Source of the DNA: Bacilli bacterium
GTDB taxonomy: Bacteria; Bacillota_I; Bacilli_A; RFN20; CAG-826
DNA: 64,000 nucleotides
Direction: 5' to 3'
NCBI GenBank assembly: GCA_024408495.1
Contig: JAKSUY010000002.1
Location: 127 to 64,126, forward strand
Under the pieces are notes generated by a model, which was not told the DNA's origin, did no database searches, and was given only the letters and a program-made list of their open reading frames with translations. Of the stretch, positions 36,359 through 46,032 are shown piece after piece. Each line of letters opens with the position of its first letter. Positions within the stretch are counted from its first letter, which is position 1. Both the position numbers and the translations under genes were made by a program.

Positions 36359-38091
36359 TATTCTAACTCCTCCTTACTTAATTGCGATAAGGCAATCTCT
36401 TTATAAACTTGGCAGTTTTGTAAGAGCTCCTTATGGGTACCTTTGCCCACCATATTGCCATTATCTAAGACGATGATTTGATCTGCGTCCATAATGGTAC
36501 CAACACGTTGCGCAACGATAATATTAGTAATACCTTTTAAGCGGCTCTTAATTTCGCCTCTTAAAACTTTATCGGTTTTATAGTCAAGCGCTGAGAAGGA
36601 ATCATCAAAGATGAAAATCTCAGGTTTAGTAATAAGCGCTCGAGCAATACTTAATCTTTGTCTTTGACCACCCGAAACATTCTTACCACCTTGGGAGATT
36701 TCGTATTCAACACCATTTTCGAGTTTACTTACAAATTCCGTTGATTGAGAAATAGAAAGAGCTTCTTCTAAATCTTCTTTAGTGGCATCGGGTTTACCTA
36801 AGCACACGTTATTCTTTAAAGTATCGTGGAATAGATATGGCTTTTGTGGAACATAACCGAATTTCTTGAATAAGACATCGAGTTGATATTGTTTAACATT
36901 GATTCCATCCACTAAAACTTCACCACTTGAAGTATCATAGAATCTTTGGATTAAGTTTAAGACTGTAGTCTTACCCGCACCGGTTGCACCGATGAAGGCT
37001 AAGGTTTGACCTTTATTAACTTTAAAACTAATATTCTTTAAACTTGGAGCGCCACCACCTGGATAGGTGAAAGATACATCTTTAAATTCAATTGTACCAA
37101 CTTCGGTGAAACGTGGAGTTTCTTTAGCATCTTTAATGCTTGGCTCAGTTTCAATAATTTCGTTAATTCTTTTTGCACAAATGGTAGAACGAGGAATCAT
37201 AACGAAGATAATAACCATCAATACAAATCCGGTTAATAATAAGCTGGCGAATTGAGTAATAGTTGCAGTTTGAGCAAAATTAATTAAACCATCTTTAATA
37301 AGATAAGAGCTAACCACAGAGATCATAACTAACATTAAACCAACGACTAATTGGATACCTGGAGTTAAGAAGCCAAGCGCGCGGTTTGCGAAACGGTCAT
37401 CTTTAGTTAAACTGTTATTAACATTATTAAATTTCTCTTCTTGGTAACCTTCAGCGTTATAGGCTCTAACTACGCGTAAACCTTCAAGGCTTTCTTTAGT
37501 GACTAAGTTAACTTTATCAATCCGACTTTGCATGGATTGGAAACGTGGTTGTGCTAAATGGACCACGAAGTAGATAATAACACTTAAAAGTACAATTGCA
37601 GCAATAATGACTACTAAGAATTGCCATCTTGCTCCAATTAATAATAAGAAGACAAATGCTCCAACCGCAAGTAACGGACCATAGAGCATAAATCTAAAGA
37701 TTAATACGTATGTGTTACTTACGTTAGTGATATCGTTGGTTGTTCTAGTAATTAAGCTAGAAATAGAGAATCCATTCATTTCTGCTGAAGAGAAAGAGGA
37801 GATTTTGCTATATAATTCATAGCGAACTCTCGCCATCATCTTAGAAGTGACTTTAGAAGCTAATACGCAAATGCCAACAGAAGTGATACCACTCGCTAAC
37901 GCTACAAAAATCATCTTAATTGAGGTTAAAATAATATCTTCCATCACAATTGGTGGGGTTTGAATCATGCTGATGATTGAACCCATCATGTAAGGTAGCA
38001 AGAAGTCAAAAACAACTTGAACACAAGTTAATACCACTATTAGAGCGACTAACCACCAATAGCTTTTTAAACGTTTTAGGAACTTTAACAT
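36358..38091 (-). CDS. ABC exporter, fused permease/ATPase subunit (heterodimer partner 1)
   Basis: Walker A GATGAGKTT, signature VSGGQRQR and Walker B IFDDSFS. The Walker B lacks the catalytic Glu, which suggests a degenerate site as in LmrCD/EfrCD-type heterodimers. The stop overlaps the partner's start. Confidence 0.9.
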   Translation of the reverse strand: MLKFLKRLKSYWWLVALIVVLTCVQVVFDFLLPYMMGSIISMIQTPPIVMEDIILTSIKMIFVALASGITSVGICVLASKVTSKMMARVRYELYSKISSFSSAEMNGFSISSLITRTTNDITNVSNTYVLIFRFMLYGPLLAVGAFVFLLLIGARWQFLVVIIAAIVLLSVIIYFVVHLAQPRFQSMQSRIDKVNLVTKESLEGLRVVRAYNAEGYQEEKFNNVNNSLTKDDRFANRALGFLTPGIQLVVGLMLVMISVVSSYLIKDGLINFAQTATITQFASLLLTGFVLMVIIFVMIPRSTICAKRINEIIETEPSIKDAKETPRFTEVGTIEFKDVSFTYPGGGAPSLKNISFKVNKGQTLAFIGATGAGKTTVLNLIQRFYDTSSGEVLVDGINVKQYQLDVLFKKFGYVPQKPYLFHDTLKNNVCLGKPDATKEDLEEALSISQSTEFVSKLENGVEYEISQGGKNVSGGQRQRLSIARALITKPEIFIFDDSFSALDYKTDKVLRGEIKSRLKGITNIIVAQRVGTIMDADQIIVLDNGNMVGKGTHKELLQNCQVYKEIALSQLSKEELE

Positions 38092-38738
38092 AGAACCTCC
38101 TTTTTATTTATAAAATAAAAAACTATTAAAACTATACCATAAAATTTAATGAATAACATACATTTATGTTAAATATATCGATTTTCGAATATAATTTAGC
38201 TTTTTTTAGCAAATAATAGAATTATAATGATGAATTTTATTTAGGAATCTAATTGGTAGGGAACTCTCTACTCTTTTTGCTAAATATAAAAAACAACTTA
38301 TACCGAAAAAAGTCTTTTTTTAAAAGTTGAATTTATTTATGTTCTGTATAAGTCGTACGATTATAATTCTGCTATTTCGTAGCAAGTGAATCCAAATGCG
38401 GAACGAGCGAGTCTTTGATCAGCAATGTTTTCTGCATCTGCTTTTGATTTGCCTTCTAATACTTCACGAAAACAGACCCTCTTAGTTTTAAGGCATTCTT
38501 GGTCAAAGTAATATCTGATTTCGTATTGCATAGTGTAAATATAATAAAGCAAAAAAATAAATTATGTAAACTAATTTTTTAAATTGTGCGATTTTTCGGA
38601 CAAAATCACTACAATATTTTTTTATTTTCCGCTTTGCGATGGATAAAAAATGCGTGTAAGCGCGTAAAATAAGAAAGAAATGACTACAAACTGATTTAAG
38701 AATTGTTAATGAGCGGGTGGGTAAACATATTATGTTAT

Positions 38739-38850
38739 GTTAACCAAACGTGGTATTTTATATTTTTTTATATTTATAAAATAAATATATTCTTCTTTTT
38801 AGGAAAATTAATCATCTCTTTTTGTGTATTACTATATAGGAAGACATCTT
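38739..38850 (+). repeat. Terminator-promoter-leader module, copy C (degenerate)
   Basis: GTTAACCAAACGTGG retains only one hairpin arm, and the AT-rich palindrome is degraded. The SD region TATAGGAAGACATCTT-ATG aligns with TATAGGAGGACTATTTTCAATG of copy D. Confidence 0.55.
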
Positions 38851-39144
38851 ATGTATACAAGTGAATTTCATAATGCAGAAGAAACTAAAAAGGTTCTAGA
38901 AAAAGGTGCACCTGGTACCTTGCATAAGTGGTATCAAAAAAAGGAGAAAGGTCCAGCGCATCATACTGGAGATAATACTATGAAAAAGCCTACATTAAGA
39001 CAAAAAATGAATCAGTTAGAAGTATCAATTAATGAATTGACTAAAATAGTTAATGATGGATTTAAGCAAGTTAACAATCGAATTGATCGCATTGAAAATC
39101 GACTTGACTATAACGGACTTAAAAAATTACCTAATAATAGATAA
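38851..39144 (+). CDS. Small coiled-coil protein, paralog family member 2
   Basis: HHTGDNTMKKPTLRQKMNQLEVSINELTKIVNDGFKQVNNRIDRIENRLDYNGLKKLPNNR aligns with the genes at 60910 and 62393. The start is placed at ATG 38851 by homology of the SD region. Confidence 0.7.
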   Translation: MYTSEFHNAEETKKVLEKGAPGTLHKWYQKKEKGPAHHTGDNTMKKPTLRQKMNQLEVSINELTKIVNDGFKQVNNRIDRIENRLDYNGLKKLPNNR

Positions 39145-39339
39145 TATTTGATATTGATTGTTCTTTATTACGACAAGCAAAATCTTTAATTTGATATCAT
39201 TTTTTGTTATTTGATTATATTAGTAGTTCTGATATTCAATAGATACGTTTGGAACAGAAAAGAGTTTCATATATTCTCTTTTACATAATCCACATGGGAC
39301 CTTGTGGGTTTTGTTTATAGAAAAGATATAATATACATA

Positions 39340-40052
39340 ATGAACGAATTCGATGTAATTAAAGAGAAGGCGAAAATTAACTATCAAAATTACAACACTG
39401 AAGATGATTCAAAGTAGTATAAAATAGTCGATACAGTTTTAAACAAGGTGATATATCGAGTTCTAGATAAATATGATTGTAGTGATGCGATTATTTTAAA
39501 TGCGGGGTCGGGTGGACAGAGCTATAACACTAAAGGTAAATTAATCCATTTAGATTTAGTAGATAATTACATAAACAATTCAAACATTTTCTAGTTGGTT
39601 CAGTTGAATCGATGCCGCTTGCTGATAATAGTATCGATATTCTTATTTGCGTTGGTAGCGTATTTAATTACACCAATTATGAAAAAAGCATTAAAGAATT
39701 TTATCGCGTTCTTAAGAAGAACGGGGTTCTTATTTTAGAATTCGAACGTAGTAATAGTGGCGACTTTCTCTTTAATAAAAATCATCATAAAAAAGCATTC
39801 TTACAAAAATACGAATATAGCGGTCAAGAACATTTATTGATGATGTATAACGAAAAGTTCATTATTAATTGTCTTAAAGATAATGGTTTCAGATTAAATT
39901 ATAAGAAACGCTTTCATACTTTATCGACCCTTTTATGCCGTTTAGGCATGAAAGAAGAAAGCGCTGCTAAATACGCAAAAGGAGATTGGATACTTAGACC
40001 AGCATCTTATCCTTTAGCGCATAATGTAATTATGGTACTTAAGAAGCTTTAA
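39340..40052 (+). pseudogene. Class I SAM-dependent methyltransferase (Methyltransf_11-like), disrupted
   Basis: Starts at ATG 39340. There is an in-frame TAG after ...EDDSK. SAM motif I is ILNAGSGGQ. A frameshift lies before ...HFLVGSVESMPLADNSIDILICVGSVFNY, which continues into ORF 39612..40052. Confidence 0.7.
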
Positions 40053-41607
40053 TTTTATCTTTTGTAGCAGGGATTTCGTATTCATCGTGCCCGTGTTCGA
40101 ATTCAATCGATAATTCGAAACCGAATTTAATATCTTCTTCTTCGCTCACCTCAGTTTGATTCATAGTATAAGTTCCCTTACTTACAATTGATATCTTGGC
40201 AATCTTATTCTGCGTGTCAGTGGTTATTATATATTCAAAATTCTTTGCGTTAAAATCACCTTTAATGTCATAGACATCAATCCACTTAATTAAATCCTTA
40301 TCTAATCTAATTGAAGCATTATAAGTGGTAAGCATTTCTTTGATTGCTTCATTTGATAAACCAAGTTTCCATGTAGTAGTGTTATCACTTTCTGTAGTTT
40401 TTCTTAAAGCTTTTACATAGGATGAGCTAAACCATTTTTCTTTAGGCAGCATGTAATAATCATCAACCGGTTCATTAGCATAGGGCGAAACCGAATGATA
40501 CTCATCTGTACCAAGTTGTGCCTTAACATCCCAAACGCTATTGTCATTTGAAACACGAGCACGTGTGTATTTATAGTCGTCTATAATTCCTTTATATTGA
40601 TCTTTGTTCTTATAATCGCTATCGAGTTCAAGTTCGTTATGAAAATAAAGTGTACCGTTTTGCGATTTTCTCTCTGCAAAACCTTTAGAGGTGGAATTCA
40701 CCGCTAATCCTAATGGATTCCCTTTAGCCATACCGTGATCGACAGCTGTTTTTAATTTATAGGTATAATAACTATCTTTTGAATTTTCAAAAGAGGTTTT
40801 TAATGAAGCGATGTTTGAATCAATCTCTTCGCTTTTAAAATAACAGTCTTTAAGAACAGGAGGAATTGTAACATCGAAGCTCCCGCCGATTTGAGAAAAG
40901 TTTTGGTCTAACTTAAAGATAACATTGACTATGTCTTTAAATTCTAGGTTTAAATCAAAATGGAAGTTCTTAACATATTTATCGTTATCATCAAGAATGA
41001 AATAGCAATCCGGTTTAAATGCTAGTCCCCATTTATCTTGAGATATCTTGTTTAAGATATTAAACACAATGGTAAGATCAATTACGTTCAGAGCGGATAA
41101 GAATTTATTCTTAAATGTGGTGTGACCTAACCCAATTTTAAATTTATGTTTATTGGAAGAATCGTTCTTTATATCTATGATATCTTCACTAGATAATGCT
41201 TTAAAGATCTTACCAACACTGCTTGATTCAAAATCGTATCCAAGAGTAAAGTTCTCTTTGTTAACCACTTCAAAGTCATCTTTCTTGGTATTAATTTTAA
41301 TTAAATCGTTACCTTGATTAAATGTATATGTAGTTGAATCTATCATTAGGATTCCAGAATTTTCTTTTTTATTTAAATATTGATTGCCGTTATATAAAAC
41401 TTGACCAGTCATTTTCGCAGGCGAAATATTGAATAAAGGGAACTTCACTGACGCACTTAATGAATAGTCATATTTATATGTAGATGCCAATGTGGTTGTT
41501 TTAGCACCCATCAAAAGCTTTTTAGCTTCTTCTATATTTCCTCCACCGCAGGAAGATAAAGAGCAAATAGCCATTGAGCATAGGATGATTGGTAAGATTT
41601 TTTTCAT
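40039..41607 (-). CDS. Hypothetical lipoprotein
   Basis: Signal peptide MKKILPIILCSMAICSLSSCGGG with lipobox. 522 aa with no recognised domain. Confidence 0.65.
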   Translation of the reverse strand: MKKILPIILCSMAICSLSSCGGGNIEEAKKLLMGAKTTTLASTYKYDYSLSASVKFPLFNISPAKMTGQVLYNGNQYLNKKENSGILMIDSTTYTFNQGNDLIKINTKKDDFEVVNKENFTLGYDFESSSVGKIFKALSSEDIIDIKNDSSNKHKFKIGLGHTTFKNKFLSALNVIDLTIVFNILNKISQDKWGLAFKPDCYFILDDNDKYVKNFHFDLNLEFKDIVNVIFKLDQNFSQIGGSFDVTIPPVLKDCYFKSEEIDSNIASLKTSFENSKDSYYTYKLKTAVDHGMAKGNPLGLAVNSTSKGFAERKSQNGTLYFHNELELDSDYKNKDQYKGIIDDYKYTRARVSNDNSVWDVKAQLGTDEYHSVSPYANEPVDDYYMLPKEKWFSSSYVKALRKTTESDNTTTWKLGLSNEAIKEMLTTYNASIRLDKDLIKWIDVYDIKGDFNAKNFEYIITTDTQNKIAKISIVSKGTYTMNQTEVSEEEDIKFGFELSIEFEHGHDEYEIPATKDKIKAS

Positions 41608-41622
41608 AATTCATTTTCTCCT

Positions 41623-42915
41623 TTATATGTTATTTAACATTACCTTATTATTTATTTCAATAGAAATAAAACCTTTTAAATATTCTTTCGCGGATTCTAA
41701 TACCTCTTCTTTTAATTCTTCAGGAAATAAGAATCCTTCATTTGGATGATTTTTAATATATTGATACGCTCCATAGACACCAGCAGATACTTGGCGAGTC
41801 GTGGCAAGTTCATCTAATTCTTTTGAATCTAAATAATTAGCAAAGTATCTACTTTTAAAACGTTTACCTTGAATTAGAACACCTACTTCTTCCCCTCCGT
41901 TAACATAATCTTTTTTAGTTAATAATTGAAAGTTAGGTTGTTCGTTATAGAAATTGTCATTAATCGAAGTAAGAGCAAGATTAGATGGATGATATAAGAA
42001 AATCACCGTAGGACGATATTTTTTATAAGTTAAATATTCACGCATCGAGAAAATTTCTTCATGGCAAATTAAATTAGCAGTAACTTTCCCTTTTGAATAT
42101 ATTGTTTCTTCTTGATATTTAATTCCCGATGCTCTTAAAGCGATATATTGATCTTTAATATCGATATCATAATACGCATCGTGCTTTAGGCAGTTTTGAA
42201 CGTTATTATAAGCAATTTCAGGGCTATTAACCGATTCGTAATAGAACGCTTTAACGTTCCATGTGGAATAAATAGTATTAGGATTACGTTCAACCGAGAA
42301 CTTTTGATTATCCACATCAATTTCTTCGATTAAAGTTATTTTAAGTTTTTTCGCTACTAGATTATATTTATTATCTTCTATTAACTTCTTTAGTTTGTTT
42401 CTAAATAAACGAACGTACAAGGAATTATCTTTATTAACGATATCTTTAATCGCTTCTTTCATAAATAAAGACACTAATCCCGGATTCATCCCAAATTCAA
42501 TAACCGAAGTCGCTCCTTTGTGCCCATATTTTTCTCTAAGCTTCTTATATTCCAAGAAGTGTTGATGAACGCTAATCCAAGACTTATCGTTTACCCAAGA
42601 TGAATCTGCAGTAAATAAATAATGGATATTATGATTTAAACAATACTCTAAAATCGTTAAACTCTTTACATTGGTGGTAAAGTCAAATAAACAATCACCT
42701 TCTTGTAAATCCTTTAAAACGTTTAGCAAATTATCTTGTGTGATTTTGATGTTTTTAAAGTTTGTGGATTTGCCACCTAATTTAATAAAGTAATTAAACT
42801 TACTTTTATCTTCTTCGATGCAATAAAAAGTATTAGGATCAAATTCGCCTTTATTTTTTAAAATATTTAAAAACGATAGACCGACTAAGCCTAACCCTAA
42901 TACATAGTATTTCAT
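41623..42915 (-). CDS. Saccharopine dehydrogenase / homospermidine synthase-like NAD(P)-binding protein
   Basis: N-terminal Rossmann motif VLGLGLVGLS and a GMNPGLVS motif resembling the G-x-(D/N)-P-G loop of the saccharopine dehydrogenase family. Assignment is tentative. Confidence 0.45.
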   Translation of the reverse strand: MKYYVLGLGLVGLSFLNILKNKGEFDPNTFYCIEEDKSKFNYFIKLGGKSTNFKNIKITQDNLLNVLKDLQEGDCLFDFTTNVKSLTILEYCLNHNIHYLFTADSSWVNDKSWISVHQHFLEYKKLREKYGHKGATSVIEFGMNPGLVSLFMKEAIKDIVNKDNSLYVRLFRNKLKKLIEDNKYNLVAKKLKITLIEEIDVDNQKFSVERNPNTIYSTWNVKAFYYESVNSPEIAYNNVQNCLKHDAYYDIDIKDQYIALRASGIKYQEETIYSKGKVTANLICHEEIFSMREYLTYKKYRPTVIFLYHPSNLALTSINDNFYNEQPNFQLLTKKDYVNGGEEVGVLIQGKRFKSRYFANYLDSKELDELATTRQVSAGVYGAYQYIKNHPNEGFLFPEELKEEVLESAKEYLKGFISIEINNKVMLNNI

Positions 42916-43178
42916 TAAATAACCTTAGCGCATTTAAGTAACGCACAGAATAAGCCGATAATTACACCAATTGCCAGTAACACTAAGAAGAACTTAAGTA
43001 ATCTTTTGCTTCTTCTTTTACTAATTGCTTCTTGGTGCGCTTCTTCTTGACGTTGATACTGAGATAAACGAGCCTCCTTTTCTTCCGGAGTCATTTCGTC
43101 TAACTCTTTTTCACTCGGCATGGTTGGCTTACTTGGTATATAGTCGCCACCACCGAAACTTCCACCACCTGATCCCAT
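42915..43178 (-). CDS. Small tail-anchored membrane protein, hypothetical
   Basis: 87 aa with a Gly-rich N-terminus, a charged helix and one C-terminal TM helix. The stop overlaps the downstream start. Confidence 0.5.
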   Translation of the reverse strand: MGSGGGSFGGGDYIPSKPTMPSEKELDEMTPEEKEARLSQYQRQEEAHQEAISKRRSKRLLKFFLVLLAIGVIIGLFCALLKCAKVI

Positions 43179-43190
43179 AATTTAATCTCC

Positions 43191-44087
43191 TTATTTAATT
43201 CTTCCTATTAGATAAAACGGAAAAGATACGGATGCACATATCATTGATAACGCTAGTGCGAAACCAAAAATAAATACTCCAATCGCTGCGCTAATAATCC
43301 CACCAGCAATCTTTAATGGAATTAAAACTACCACATCACCATCAAATAGATGCCCAACAAAGTACACAGGAACTTTTACACTTGTAGTAGCAATATCCAC
43401 AAACATTTCGGTAATATATGTATCCGAGAAGATACAATAAACAACGGCTAAAACTAAATAGGCAAATAAAAACGCTAATCCTACCCAGCCACCTGGGCTA
43501 ACCGCTTTACCGAATATAATGCCAAGTACTAAAGTTAAGATAAAGGCAACGACTGCACTAATAATTCCACCAATTAAAGATTTATGGCCTTCAACTCCAG
43601 TGATTTTACTTTTAAATTTGCTAGATGAGACTCCACTTTTGCTTCTAGTTGGATGAATCTTTTCAATTTTTTGATCAAGTTCTAATCCTTTTTGATAACA
43701 ATCATCACAAATGTTAACCTCAACGCGTTCACCATTATCGCGTCTAAATACTTTATGGGTTGTTTCGGTTTCACCAATCTTGCGATGACAATCATGGCAC
43801 GTCATCGCTCCATAATCAACGCTATCTTGTATATCATTAATGACAATATTGGTTACATCGTCACCTTTACTCTCTTTTTTGTTTTCTTCTTTTTGCCCAT
43901 AGATTAAGTCATCGAGTTTACAATCAAAAACTTCAGCCATTTTCTCAAGCATATCGAGATTTGGTTCAACTTCATCTTTCTCGTAACGTGAAATCGCTTG
44001 GGGCGAAATGAATAGACGCTCCGCTAATTGTTTTTGGGTTAGTCCCATCTTCTCACGATAGGCTTTTATGTTGCTTCCAACTTTCAT
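43191..44087 (-). CDS. Membrane-anchored XRE-family transcriptional regulator with zinc ribbon
   Basis: The start at 44087 lies behind GAGGT plus 8 nt. HTH is MGLTQKQLAERLFISPQAISRYEKD. The zinc ribbon is CHDC...CDDC, and there are about four C-terminal TM helices. Confidence 0.75.
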   Translation of the reverse strand: MKVGSNIKAYREKMGLTQKQLAERLFISPQAISRYEKDEVEPNLDMLEKMAEVFDCKLDDLIYGQKEENKKESKGDDVTNIVINDIQDSVDYGAMTCHDCHRKIGETETTHKVFRRDNGERVEVNICDDCYQKGLELDQKIEKIHPTRSKSGVSSSKFKSKITGVEGHKSLIGGIISAVVAFILTLVLGIIFGKAVSPGGWVGLAFLFAYLVLAVVYCIFSDTYITEMFVDIATTSVKVPVYFVGHLFDGDVVVLIPLKIAGGIISAAIGVFIFGFALALSMICASVSFPFYLIGRIK

Positions 44088-44184
44088 TCGTTTTGACCTC
44101 ATGCGTCTATTTAACCGAAATACTTTGTAAAAGTAAATCAACTAAATAGAGAATCGCTCAACAATTTGTAGAATCCTCATGTTA

Positions 44185-44200
44185 TTTTGATTATATCAAA
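44185..44200 (-). promoter_or_regulatory. Extended -10 promoter (minus strand TTTGATATAATCAAAA) for the XRE-TM operon
   Basis: The reverse complement contains TGATATAAT (TGnTATAAT). The same 15-nt palindromic string recurs at 54144..54158. Confidence 0.45.
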
Positions 44201-44275
44201 TATCAACATATTTATTAAATATGCGTAGAAAAACTAAGTAAACCAGTCTAAACTACTTATTCATAAAATCAATAA

Positions 44276-45316
44276 CTATTTAATATATTTATCTAGTAAT
44301 CTATCACTTATCTCAACATTCTTAGTTAAGCGTTTATGGGTTGGATGAATGACTTCTCTATTGTTAATCTCTTCGACCGACATGCCTTCTTCCATGTAAT
44401 TCTCTTCTAAAATAAATATAGCATCATATCTAGCCTTTATTTTATTTAATAAGCAATGAGCGGCTATTGCTTTAGCTTCATTTTTGCTCTTCCCTTTTCC
44501 CTTAGAGACAAATAACTTAGATGGCCATTGATAAATGTCGACGAAAGGTTCGGAATAAGTCGGATGCATTGTGCGTTTTAAATCAACCGTAGAGTCTTTG
44601 GGGAATTTAGCAAGACAAAGGTGAATAATAGGGTTATCCCCTCCTCTCTCCATCGTGAACTCATAAGTAATCGGAGGAATCTTCTTTCTGTCCGATAAGC
44701 GCTTTAAATGTGAGATATCATCAACATTATCAGAGAATAGTTCGTCTCTTTTTAAAACTACTTCAGTTGTGAAATCACTACCTAATTCACTTTCTGTAAA
44801 TTCGGGTAAATCTAAACTTCTATAAATTAAATCAATATGAGAAGAATAGATATCACTGATCTTCTTTAAATCAGTTGAATATCTTGAATGAAACGATTCA
44901 ATTGCAATTGCACCTATAATCCGTTCGTATAAGTCGCCTAAGCGATGATTGTTATTACGTAAACCGTTTCTTTCGTCTTCTTCGCTTAAAGGCATATCAG
45001 CGACTAAATCTAGTTTACGAATAATTATGGCAAATGTACTATTACTAGTTAGCTTAGATTTAATATCACTTAGTTGTTTAACGTTAAGTGTTTCAATTCC
45101 ACCATAATCCCACTCTAAGTTATAACGAGATAATTGAGTGTATTTTTTAATCATATACTCACTAGCAGCACCGTATAAGGCAATATCCCCAAAGAATTCA
45201 TACGAATCACTTAATTTAGTTCGATCGATTGCTTCGTTTAAAATATCCAAGTTTTCAAACTTATAATTAAACTTTTCTTGAATCTTATTAAGATATTGCC
45301 GTCTACGTTTATCCAT
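44276..45316 (-). CDS. Divergent RNase III-like protein (RNase III catalytic domain + dsRBD + C-terminal extension)
   Basis: The start at 45316 lies behind GAGGT plus 6 nt. Signature DSYEFFGDIAL corresponds to ERLEFLGDAVL, and LGDLYERIIGAIAI corresponds to ADxFEAxIGAIYL, so all acidic catalytic positions are kept. The dsRBD tail is SKGKGKSKNEAKAIAAHCLLNKI. Confidence 0.7.
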   Translation of the reverse strand: MDKRRRQYLNKIQEKFNYKFENLDILNEAIDRTKLSDSYEFFGDIALYGAASEYMIKKYTQLSRYNLEWDYGGIETLNVKQLSDIKSKLTSNSTFAIIIRKLDLVADMPLSEEDERNGLRNNNHRLGDLYERIIGAIAIESFHSRYSTDLKKISDIYSSHIDLIYRSLDLPEFTESELGSDFTTEVVLKRDELFSDNVDDISHLKRLSDRKKIPPITYEFTMERGGDNPIIHLCLAKFPKDSTVDLKRTMHPTYSEPFVDIYQWPSKLFVSKGKGKSKNEAKAIAAHCLLNKIKARYDAIFILEENYMEEGMSVEEINNREVIHPTHKRLTKNVEISDRLLDKYIK

Positions 45317-45329
45317 ATATACCTCTATT

Positions 45330-46031
45330 TTATAGTTTTTTAAGCTTCCTTGCAGTTTTAAATGTTTGTGAGATGAAGAAGTCTGCGCCTCCAAAGTTAA
45401 TGACTGCTTGACCTACTAAGAAGGTATCTCGGTCAATTAAACTCTTAAATTTCTTAAGTTTAAGGAGCAATTCTGGATTAATCTTTAAAACCGGATACTC
45501 TTCTTTATCATCCATCAAGGCAAAACTATTAATGATATGTTCATATTCTTGATTATTAATATAACCACAGTCGTGCATTACAATACTCATCATAATGTTA
45601 TTAAAGCGTTTGGTGAAATTAGTGCGAACACTGATATTTTGGATTTCACCTTGGTTCCCAGATAAACATTGATGATACATCACACATGTAGTAGGAGTAA
45701 TAAAACGTTTATCTCCATGCGTGAAGATAATGGCATCTGCACTAGCGACCATCCCTAATGCATAGGTATAAACCGGTGCATCAATATGATCCATCGTGTT
45801 AAGCACCATCTTACACGCTTCACCATCTCCGCCGGGACCAGAGATATATAAGTGAATTGGTTTTTTAGTATCAAGAGAATTAAGATAAAGTAATTGTTCA
45901 CAAACAAATGAACACTTAGTCTCATCAACTTCTCCAGTTAAGTAAATGATTCTTTCTTTGAATAGGACTGAATCAAGCTGTAAGGCCGCATTTTCCATTA
46001 ACACGGCGGGTGAATAAATTCTCTCGTACAT
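45330..46031 (-). CDS. Divergent ClpP-like serine protease
   Basis: ERIIYLTGEVDE, LYISGPGGD, catalytic Ser in GMVASAD (GMAASMG in ClpP), His in VMYHQ (MIHQP) and Asp in LIDRD (DTDRD). There is an insertion between the His and Asp regions. Confidence 0.75.
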   Translation of the reverse strand: MYERIYSPAVLMENAALQLDSVLFKERIIYLTGEVDETKCSFVCEQLLYLNSLDTKKPIHLYISGPGGDGEACKMVLNTMDHIDAPVYTYALGMVASADAIIFTHGDKRFITPTTCVMYHQCLSGNQGEIQNISVRTNFTKRFNNIMMSIVMHDCGYINNQEYEHIINSFALMDDKEEYPVLKINPELLLKLKKFKSLIDRDTFLVGQAVINFGGADFFISQTFKTARKLKKL

Positions 46032-46032
46032 A

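Noticed and set aside
38361-38552. 63-aa minus-strand ORF upstream of the ABC exporter operon
   Set aside because: It has no SD, no motif and an uncertain start. The evidence is insufficient to call a gene.
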